DNA from: Dehalococcoidia bacterium
GTDB lineage: Bacteria; Chloroflexota; Dehalococcoidia; Bin125
Direction: 5' to 3'
Length of the DNA stretch: 64,000 bases
NCBI GenBank assembly: GCA_963555985.3
Contig: OY820591.1
Location: forward strand, 2,336,001 to 2,400,000
Positions within the stretch are counted from its first letter, which is position 1, and each line of letters starts with the position of its first letter. A model generated the notes under the pieces. The model ran no database searches. It saw only the letters and a program-made list of their open reading frames with translations, and was not told the origin of the DNA. Position numbers and translations under genes: made by a program. This document shows, in pieces, positions 56,622 through 64,000 of the stretch.

Positions 56622-58532
56622 ATGTCGAACTATTGGAGCAGGATGCGCCGGCAGCAATTGAGCCGAAGAGCGTTGCTGCGCGCATCGGCGCGAGCGGGTG
56701 TCGGCGCGGCTGGTCTGGCCTTGGTGGGATGCGGCGATGACGATGACGACGACGCTCAGCCGGCGGCGGCGCAGGCTCAGCAGCAGCAAGAGCAGCAGGA
56801 TCAACCAGCTGCCCAGCAACAGCAAGACCAGCAGCAGCAACAGCGGGCCGCACAGCAACAGCAGCAGGCGGCGCAACAGCAGCAGCAAGCTGAGCAACAG
56901 GCGCAGCAGGCCGAACAGCAGGAACAGACTGCGGCTGAGGCGCAGGCTCAGCAGGAAGAACAGCAAGCTGCTGCGGACGACAACATCGACTACAACGCCA
57001 CGGCGATCGGTGCCTACGGGTCGTTCCCGCAGATGCTCGACCAGGGCAGCGCGCTGGCGCGCGGCGGGCAGTCGGCCTCGAACAGCTACCACTACGCCTC
57101 GGTCTTCCCGCTGGAAGCGCAGGGCACTGCCGTTCCGGGCGGTCTGGCCGAGTGGGAATTCGTCGGTGCCGAGTCGCTGATTGTTCGGATGAACCCGGGC
57201 CGCGTGTTCCACAACGGCGACCCCGTCACGGCTGAGGACGTCAAGTTCACGATCGATCGGCTCTCGAACAAAGCCGAATACAACCCCGAGTACAACTCCG
57301 CCTGGACCGGCGAGTTGATCTGGACCGCGGACAACGAACTGATCGACCAAAACACGCTGAGAATCGACCAGAACTCCGAGAGCGCAAGCGTCGACGCAGC
57401 CAACAGCTTGGCCACCGGCGGTTTTCCCGTGTTCCCCAAGAATCACCTGGAGTCGGTGGGCGACGAGGCCTACGCGCAGTTCCCGATCGCAACCGGTCCG
57501 TTCAAGTTCGTGGAATGGTCGCCGGATGAGCGAATCGTCAGTATGCGCAACGAGGACTTCTACAACGGACGCGACTTCGCCGGAGCGCCGCGAACCCCGT
57601 ACCTGGCCGGATTCGAAGCACGCCTGATTCCCGAAATCGGCGCCCGGGTCTCGGCCCTGGAGGCCGGCGAGATTGACCTGGCCAACTCGATTCCGCCGGA
57701 TCTCGCGGTCCCGCTCGGCGAAACCGGTGACTTCAACGTCTACTACCACCCGGCGCAGCGCGGACTGCACATCAAGCTGCCGATGACGATCGAGGAAGAT
57801 CCGTACAACCCCGGTCAGCCCAACCCTTGGCGCGACAAGCGCGTACGGATCGCGGCCAACCTCGCGGTCGACGTCGACGCGATCACGCAGAACATCATGA
57901 CCGGGCGCGAGAACTACACCTACTCGCTCTCGTCGGGTCAGTTCGGTTTCCCGAAGGACATCCTGGAGCAGCGCTGGGCCTACGACCCGGAGCGGGCCAA
58001 GGAGCTGCTGGTCGAGGCCGGATTCGGCGACGGCCTGGAGACCGACTTGATCTATCTGAGCGGCCTCTACACGAACGACCAACTGTTCATGGAGGCGATC
58101 GCGGAGATGCTGCGCGAGGTTGGCTTCATCGTCAACCTGATCCCCGACGACATCTCCAAGTTCCTCGGCGAGGCCCGCAACAAGGAACTCACGGCCCCAT
58201 ATCTGTTCCCGCAGCCGGCCGGCTTCACCTCGCTGGGCTCGTTCGCGATCGGCGTCGACAGCGCTGCCACCTACGCCCACAAGGTGGAGGTCCTCCCCGA
58301 CGAGCGCGCCGAGGTCGACCGCCTGATCGCTGAAGCGCGAGCGGAGTTCGACACTGAGAAGCGGCGTGTGCTGCTTGAAGATGCGGTGCGCATCCACTAC
58401 CTGGAAGCGTCCTGGCTCTTCCTCTTCGAGCTGACCCAGACCCACGTCGGCACCTCGCGGCTGGAGTGGGACCCGTTCTTCCTGCAGCCGGCCTCGGTCG
58501 AGCTCTGGAACCTGAAGTCGATGAAGACCTAG
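56622..58532 (+). CDS. Peptide/nickel-type ABC substrate-binding Tat-lipoprotein with poly-Gln linker
   Basis: SRRALLR Tat motif plus LVGC lipobox; FHNGDPVTAEDVKFT, TGPFKF, YDPERAKELL.EAG. Confidence 0.93.
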   Translation: MSNYWSRMRRQQLSRRALLRASARAGVGAAGLALVGCGDDDDDDAQPAAAQAQQQQEQQDQPAAQQQQDQQQQQRAAQQQQQAAQQQQQAEQQAQQAEQQEQTAAEAQAQQEEQQAAADDNIDYNATAIGAYGSFPQMLDQGSALARGGQSASNSYHYASVFPLEAQGTAVPGGLAEWEFVGAESLIVRMNPGRVFHNGDPVTAEDVKFTIDRLSNKAEYNPEYNSAWTGELIWTADNELIDQNTLRIDQNSESASVDAANSLATGGFPVFPKNHLESVGDEAYAQFPIATGPFKFVEWSPDERIVSMRNEDFYNGRDFAGAPRTPYLAGFEARLIPEIGARVSALEAGEIDLANSIPPDLAVPLGETGDFNVYYHPAQRGLHIKLPMTIEEDPYNPGQPNPWRDKRVRIAANLAVDVDAITQNIMTGRENYTYSLSSGQFGFPKDILEQRWAYDPERAKELLVEAGFGDGLETDLIYLSGLYTNDQLFMEAIAEMLREVGFIVNLIPDDISKFLGEARNKELTAPYLFPQPAGFTSLGSFAIGVDSAATYAHKVEVLPDERAEVDRLIAEARAEFDTEKRRVLLEDAVRIHYLEASWLFLFELTQTHVGTSRLEWDPFFLQPASVELWNLKSMKT

Positions 58533-58577
58533 ACCGCCGGGGCATCACCTGCACGGCAGGCAGCGGGGGAGCACGCG

Positions 58578-59501
58578 ATGGCCGGGCATCTGATTCCGCG
58601 CCTGCTCCAGTCGATCATGGTCGTCTTTGTCGTTGTGTCCCTGGTGTTCGTCGGCAGCCGCCTGATCGGCGATCCGATCGAGGCTTACTCGGCCCAGAAC
58701 GCGACCCAGGAGGCGATCGACGCGGCGCGCGAGCGCTTGGGTCTGCTCGACCCGCTGATCGTGCAGTACGGCAACTTCCTCTGGGGCGTAGTTCGGCTCG
58801 ATTTTGGCGAATCGATCTTCACCAACCAACCAGCTTGGGACGAAGTCTCCGCGCGGCTCTGGGCCACAGTCCAACTGAGCCTGGCTGCCTTCGTGCTGAT
58901 CCTTGTAGTCGGAGTACCTATCGGTGTGTTAGCCGCGGTGCGCCGAGGCTCAGTCCCGGACTTGTTGGCCCGCTTAATCGCGCTCGTCGGTCAGGCGATG
59001 CCCAACTTCTGGCTCGGGCTGCTGCTGATCTTCATCTTCTCGGTCCGGCTCGGCTGGTTGCCAACCAGCGGACGCGGAGGCTTCGAGAACCTGATCTTGC
59101 CCGCGATCACGCTGGCCGGATTCGGCGCCGCCGCCGCGATGCGGCTGACCCGTTCCGGCATGTTGGAGGTCCTGAGTAACGACTACATCCGCACCGCGCA
59201 GGCGAAGGGCCTCGCCAATCGCACGGTGATCGTGCGTCACGCCCTCCGCAACGCGCTGCTCGGACTGGTGACGGTCCTAGGCATTATGTTGGCTCAGCTC
59301 CTTGCGGGCTCGATCATCGTCGAGGTCGTCTTCGCCTGGCCCGGAGTCGGCAGGTTGATCTTCCGCTCGATCAGCCTGCGCGACTTCCCTGTGATCCAGG
59401 TGGGTGTGCTGGTGATCGCGGTCTGGTTCGTAGTGATCAACATCCTGGTCGACATCTCCTACAACTTCCTCGATCCGCGCATTCGCGTAGGGACCAACTG
59501 A
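58578..59501 (+). CDS. ABC transporter permease (DppB/OppB family)
   Basis: GDP, DFGES, PNFWLG, DYIRTA.AKGL, RHALRNA, FAWPGVG, LDPRIR. Confidence 0.95.
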   Translation: MAGHLIPRLLQSIMVVFVVVSLVFVGSRLIGDPIEAYSAQNATQEAIDAARERLGLLDPLIVQYGNFLWGVVRLDFGESIFTNQPAWDEVSARLWATVQLSLAAFVLILVVGVPIGVLAAVRRGSVPDLLARLIALVGQAMPNFWLGLLLIFIFSVRLGWLPTSGRGGFENLILPAITLAGFGAAAAMRLTRSGMLEVLSNDYIRTAQAKGLANRTVIVRHALRNALLGLVTVLGIMLAQLLAGSIIVEVVFAWPGVGRLIFRSISLRDFPVIQVGVLVIAVWFVVINILVDISYNFLDPRIRVGTN

Positions 59502-60412
59502 TGAGCGCGCAAAGCGCCCAAGCGGGGACGTTGCTCGACACGCTTGGCGAGCGCCGTCGCGTCTGGCTGCGGCGACTCCCGCGCGGCTGGCCCCTGCTCT
59601 CGCTCTATCTGGCGATCATCGGAGTGTTCATTGTTGCCGGCATCTTCGCCGACTGGATCGCCCCGCACGATCCGACCGATCAGAACCTGATCAGCCGTTT
59701 GCAGGACCCCTGGTGGCAGGCTGAGGGCACCTCTGAGCACATCTTTGGTACCGACGGCTTAGGCCGCGACACGTTCAGCCGCCTGATCAAAGGCAGTCAG
59801 ACATCGCTGCTGGTGATCGCGACCGTGATTCCCGGATCGCTCGTGCTTGGTACAGCGATCGGTCTCTTCGCGGGTTGGCGGCGCGGCCCCTTCGACTCGT
59901 TCGCAATGCGTCTGGTCGAAGTGCAGCTCGCGTTTCCGGCGTTGCTGTTCGCCCTACTGATTGCGGCGATGCTGGGGCCCTCACTCCGAAACGTGGTGAT
60001 CATCCTGATCGTCTTCCTCTGGGCGCCGTACGCACGATTAGTGCGCGCAGAGGTGCTGAGCCTACGCGAGCGGGAGTTCATCCTGGCGGCGCGGACGATC
60101 GGCGCATCCGACTTTCGCTTGATGACGCGGCATCTCTTGCCGAGCGTCGTCAATTCGGTCGTCATCCTGGCCACGCTCAACGTCTCCACCGTGATCATCG
60201 CCGAGGCCTCGCTCTCCTTCCTCGGCGCGGGCGTCGGCCCCGAGACGATCTCCTGGGGCAAGATGGTGGCTGAGGGCCGCGACCTGCTCAAGATCCGCTT
60301 CTGGCTAACAGGCGTGCCCGGCATCACGATCATGATCATCGCCCTGGTCGGCAATCTGCTCGGCGACTGGCTGCGCGATGCGCTCGATCCGCAGTTACGC
60401 CGCCGCGCCTAG
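59501..60412 (+). CDS. ABC transporter permease (DppC/OppC family)
   Basis: GTDGLGRD, EFILAAR.IGAS, RHLLP, EASLSFLG.G, LGDWLRDALDP. Confidence 0.95.
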   Translation: MSAQSAQAGTLLDTLGERRRVWLRRLPRGWPLLSLYLAIIGVFIVAGIFADWIAPHDPTDQNLISRLQDPWWQAEGTSEHIFGTDGLGRDTFSRLIKGSQTSLLVIATVIPGSLVLGTAIGLFAGWRRGPFDSFAMRLVEVQLAFPALLFALLIAAMLGPSLRNVVIILIVFLWAPYARLVRAEVLSLREREFILAARTIGASDFRLMTRHLLPSVVNSVVILATLNVSTVIIAEASLSFLGAGVGPETISWGKMVAEGRDLLKIRFWLTGVPGITIMIIALVGNLLGDWLRDALDPQLRRRA

Positions 60413-60544
60413 TTCGCTGCCAGATCGAAAGCGAGCGGAGATGGTCTGGACGAAAGAACCGGCTGAACTCACGCGCGTAATGGGCGTCCGATCGACGACG
60501 CCACTTAGGCTCAAGGTCAAGAAGACACGCAAGGAATTCTGGCC

Positions 60545-62935
60545 GTGAGCGATCCGCTGCCACTTGAGGGCGTCCGAGTACTGGAGCTTGCCCATCAGCG
60601 GGTGGCGCTCGGTGGACGATTGCTCGCCGACCTCGGTGCCGATGTGCTCCTGATCGAGCCGCCGGATGGCTGCAACACTCGCTGGGCGGGCCCGTTCGTC
60701 GACGATGAGCCTGGGGCTGAACGCTCGTTTCAACACCTCTATTTCAACGCGAACAAGCGCTCCACGGTGCTTGACTGGCGTTCGGGCGACGGTTGGGAGC
60801 GGCTGCGCGCGTTGACAGCTGAGGCGGACATCCTGATCGAGAGCGATCCACCGGACGACCTTGACGTCGCGGCGCTGATGACTGTGAACCCGCACCTGAT
60901 CGTGGTCTCGGCGACGCCTTACGGACAGACCGGCTCCAAGCGGCATTGGCGTGCGACCGACCTCACCGCGTCGGCGGCTGGCGGTCTGTTGCAGGTCGCC
61001 GGAGACCCCGCCGATCCGCCAACCCACAGCACCGCCAACCCGGCCTACATGATGACCGGTCTGACCGTCGCGTCATCAGCCATGACTGCGTTGCACGGGC
61101 GTGATCGGACTCCAGGACAGCCGGGGATCCGGATCGATATCTCGATGCAAAAGGCCACCTCGTTCCAGTTGGTGCAGACCTCGAACCCGTGCGTCTGGCG
61201 CTGGCGCGGCGAGATTCCAGCCCGGCCCGCGCTTTCGCAGGCGTTTCAGTGCGCGGACGGCAAATGGATGGCTTGCAACGTCGGCCCGAACAAGCTGGTC
61301 GAGTTCATCAAGATGCTTGACGACGCAGGGGTTGAGCACGACCTCGATCCTGACAACTGGGAGATCATTCACAGCGGCGACCGCGCTGCCTGGCAGTACC
61401 TCGAAAATCCGCTGCAAGACCTGGCCGGCGAGCTTGCCGCTGTGATCCCGCGTCAGCACTTCCTCGATCAGATGTGGGCTGCGCCAATGCCGGCTATGCC
61501 GACCCTGCGCTTCAGCGAGTTCGCGGATTCTGAGCACTACCCGAACTCGGGTCAGTTCCAGGACGTTGAGATTCCGGCGTTGAACACATCGCTCAGCTTC
61601 TCGCGGAGTGCGCTCGATCCCGTGCAATCCCCGTTGGAGATCCGACCCGCGCCGACGCTGGGACGAGATGATTCAGCGCCAGCGCCGCGGCAGTGGGGTG
61701 ACGAGCCAACCGATCCGTACCCGTCAATGCCGCTTGCGGGGATTCGGGTGCTCGATCTCACCTGGGTTGCGGCGGGGCCGTTCTCGGCTCGGTTGTTGGC
61801 CAACTTTGGCGCTGAGGTGATCAAGGTGGAGTCCGGCGGTCTGCGCATGGACCCGCTGCGCGTCCAGCCAATCGCGGGCGGGAAGTTCCAGCCCGATCTG
61901 CCCGATCTCTTCAACGACGCCAACACCGGTAAGAAGTCGGTCACGCTCGATCTGTCCACCGAAGCGGGCAAGGAGCTCTTGCGCCGGCTCGCAGCCAAAT
62001 GCGACGTCCTGACCGAAAACTACTCCGGTGGTTCGCTCGCACGGATGGGCTTCCCCTACCAAGAGCTACGTGAGATCAATCCCCGCCTGATCGTCGTCCA
62101 CCTGCCGGGCGTCGGCGGCGACAGCCCTTGGCGACCGCTGCGCTCGCTCGGCAATCTGCTGATGGCCGCCTCGGGCATGAACTTCCTGATCGGATTCCCC
62201 GGCCGAGCGCCGCGCGGGATCGGTACCGCCTATCCCGATTTCACGACCCCGCACGTGGCCGTCACTGCGATCCTCAGCGCGCTGCGCGCACGCGAACGAA
62301 CCGGTCTTGGTCGAGAGATCGAACTCTCCCAACTCAGCTCAACGGTGGCGCTGATCGGCGCGGCCTGGATGGAGTTCGCCAGGCGCGGAACCGATCCTGA
62401 ACCGCTGGGGAATGCCGACCCGAACATGTCGCCGCATGGCGTCTTCCCGTCCACGGGCGACGATCAGTGGGTCGCGCTAGCACTGGAAGGCGACGCCCAG
62501 TGGCCGGCCTTTGCGGAATTGATTGGCCGGCCCGAATGGGCTGAGGTGGACGAGTTGCAATCACTAGAGAGTCGCCGCGAACGGAGCGACGCGATTGAGC
62601 AGGCGATTTGCGCCTGGTCGTCCAGCTTGAGCAAGTGGGATGCCGCCGAGCAACTACAGGCGCTCGGGATCGCCGCCAGCGCGGTTGAAGACCTGCGCGA
62701 CATGATGGATATCGACAAAGAGTTCCGCGACCACTATCAACGTGTCGAGCAGCCGTCGGAGCCTGGCTTCGGAATCTGGATCGACGGCGCGCCCTGGGAG
62801 TTCGCCCATCTGGAACCGCGCACTCTGGAGCGCGCACCGATGTTGGGCGAGCATAACGACTACGTGCTTGGCGAACTGCTCGGACTCTCGGGCGAAGAGA
62901 TCGCAGAGTTGGTCGCTTCCGGGGCCGTCGGCTGA
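60545..62935 (+). CDS. Family III CoA-transferase, fused tandem CaiB/BaiF domains
   Basis: LADLGADV..IE..NANKRS and LANFGAEVIKVE..NTGKKS; Asp (YPDF) in the second domain. Confidence 0.93.
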   Translation: MSDPLPLEGVRVLELAHQRVALGGRLLADLGADVLLIEPPDGCNTRWAGPFVDDEPGAERSFQHLYFNANKRSTVLDWRSGDGWERLRALTAEADILIESDPPDDLDVAALMTVNPHLIVVSATPYGQTGSKRHWRATDLTASAAGGLLQVAGDPADPPTHSTANPAYMMTGLTVASSAMTALHGRDRTPGQPGIRIDISMQKATSFQLVQTSNPCVWRWRGEIPARPALSQAFQCADGKWMACNVGPNKLVEFIKMLDDAGVEHDLDPDNWEIIHSGDRAAWQYLENPLQDLAGELAAVIPRQHFLDQMWAAPMPAMPTLRFSEFADSEHYPNSGQFQDVEIPALNTSLSFSRSALDPVQSPLEIRPAPTLGRDDSAPAPRQWGDEPTDPYPSMPLAGIRVLDLTWVAAGPFSARLLANFGAEVIKVESGGLRMDPLRVQPIAGGKFQPDLPDLFNDANTGKKSVTLDLSTEAGKELLRRLAAKCDVLTENYSGGSLARMGFPYQELREINPRLIVVHLPGVGGDSPWRPLRSLGNLLMAASGMNFLIGFPGRAPRGIGTAYPDFTTPHVAVTAILSALRARERTGLGREIELSQLSSTVALIGAAWMEFARRGTDPEPLGNADPNMSPHGVFPSTGDDQWVALALEGDAQWPAFAELIGRPEWAEVDELQSLESRRERSDAIEQAICAWSSSLSKWDAAEQLQALGIAASAVEDLRDMMDIDKEFRDHYQRVEQPSEPGFGIWIDGAPWEFAHLEPRTLERAPMLGEHNDYVLGELLGLSGEEIAELVASGAVG

Positions 62936-62971
62936 GCCAGGAGTACCGTAGTCGGCGATTGAGGAGCTGAG

Positions 62972-63934
62972 ATGCCGAAGTACCTGATGCTGCCGCCAAT
63001 CGACGACGACATCCGCGAGTGGGCCGGGCGACTCCGCGCCGAGTTGCCCGAGCTTGAGGTTGTGATCGTGGAGGACGAAGCCGACGCGCCGGAGGCGCTG
63101 ATTGACGCCGATGGCGCCTACGGCTGGGTCGCGCCGGACGTGTTGCCTAACGTTGAACGATTGCGGCTGCTCCAGAATCCGATGGCCGGACCACCGGTGG
63201 GTTGGTATTACCCGGAGTTGGCCGAGCATTCGGTGGTGGTCAGCAATCCGCGCGGGATCTACTCCGACCACATCGCGCAGCACATCATGATGTACATGCT
63301 CGCGCTGGCGCGAGGTTTGCCGTACTGGAATGCCGCGCAAGCAGAGGGACGCTGGGATGTCAAGGCGCGTCGTCGCGGATACATCGAGCTCTCCCAGGCG
63401 ACCGTGCTGATCAACGGCATCGGCGGCATCGGCGCAGAGGCAGCGCGTCTATGTACTGCATTCGGCTCCCAAGTGATCGGCGTTGATCCGAGTCCGTATG
63501 GTGACTTTGACGATGAGATTATCTCGCCTGCCGAGCTTGACGTTCGCCTGCCCGAAGCCGACTTCGTGGTCACGACTGTGCCGCACACGCCCGAGACCGA
63601 GTTCATGTGGAACGCCGAGCGCTTCGCCGCGATGCGGAACTCCGCCTACTTCATCAACATCGGCCGCGGCATGACCTGCAAGCTTGATGATCTGGTGAAC
63701 GCGCTGGATCGCGGAGAGATTGCGGGCGCCGGGCTCGATGTGTTCGAGATCGAGCCGTTGCCCGAGGGCCACCCGCTCTGGCAGATGGAGAACGTGATCA
63801 TTACGCCGCACATCGCGGTCGCGGATGCGGAGAACATTCCGGAGCGGCGGTTTGAGTTGATCCTGGAGAATGCGCGCCGTCTCGTTGACGGGCGTGAATT
63901 TGTCAACGTGGTTGACAAGGAGAAGTGGTACTGA
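62972..63934 (+). CDS. D-2-hydroxyacid dehydrogenase family protein
   Basis: G.GGIG, INIGRG, GLDVFEIEPLP, ITPHIA. Confidence 0.94.
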   Translation: MPKYLMLPPIDDDIREWAGRLRAELPELEVVIVEDEADAPEALIDADGAYGWVAPDVLPNVERLRLLQNPMAGPPVGWYYPELAEHSVVVSNPRGIYSDHIAQHIMMYMLALARGLPYWNAAQAEGRWDVKARRRGYIELSQATVLINGIGGIGAEAARLCTAFGSQVIGVDPSPYGDFDDEIISPAELDVRLPEADFVVTTVPHTPETEFMWNAERFAAMRNSAYFINIGRGMTCKLDDLVNALDRGEIAGAGLDVFEIEPLPEGHPLWQMENVIITPHIAVADAENIPERRFELILENARRLVDGREFVNVVDKEKWY

Positions 63935-63961
63935 CGCCACTTCCAGGAATCGAGGTCCGAC

Positions 63962-64000
63962 ATGAAGATCGTGGAGATGTACGGCGACTCCCGCGTCGGG
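63962..64000 (+). CDS. Partial CDS at the window end (MKIVEMYGDSRVG...)
   Basis: ATG with GAGG RBS; too short to assign. Confidence 0.45.
   Translation, partial: MKIVEMYGDSRVG

Overview
A high-GC bacterial chromosomal window with no integrase, transposase, phage gene or CRISPR array. The gene content suggests Chloroflexota, probably Dehalococcoidia/SAR202-like (inference from paralogous LLM oxidoreductases, HpcH aldolases, fused family III CoA-transferases, enoyl-CoA hydratases, a Tat-lipoprotein SBP, PAC2, DUF1800/DUF1501 and CIRCE-groEL). It holds about 60 CDS and one tRNA-Gly(CCC). The 5' third is a metal/redox neighbourhood: Fe SBP, C-minus rpsN, FTR, AhpD, Zn ABC parts, CDF exporter, BCP, DUF3179, MOSC, cysDN and tupABC. 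The most notable signals that the ORF track misses or leaves unexplained are: (1) a ferredoxin:thioredoxin reductase whose apparent stop is an in-frame UGA at the catalytic CHC position, followed by a SECIS-like hairpin (selenoprotein, 153 aa); (2) a 62-aa metallothionein-like gene (10 Cys, 12 His) behind a His-rich CDF; (3) an unrecognised ~45-aa module found twice at the N-terminus of a non-lipidated Fe SBP and once in a frameshifted secreted gene (candidate surface-anchoring domain); (4) an exactly 10-bp-phased array of 11 GTTCG/CGAAC units between DUF1800 and DUF1501; (5) a zinc-ribbon protein with a GroEL-like GGM/His tail plus a SodX-like peptidase upstream of a groEL that lacks the GGM tail; (6) an ECF sigma/anti-sigma/MscS/Asp23/AmaP-like operon; (7) palindromic repeats lying inside coding sequences. 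All calls come from reading the sequence and remembered family motifs; no database searches were run.
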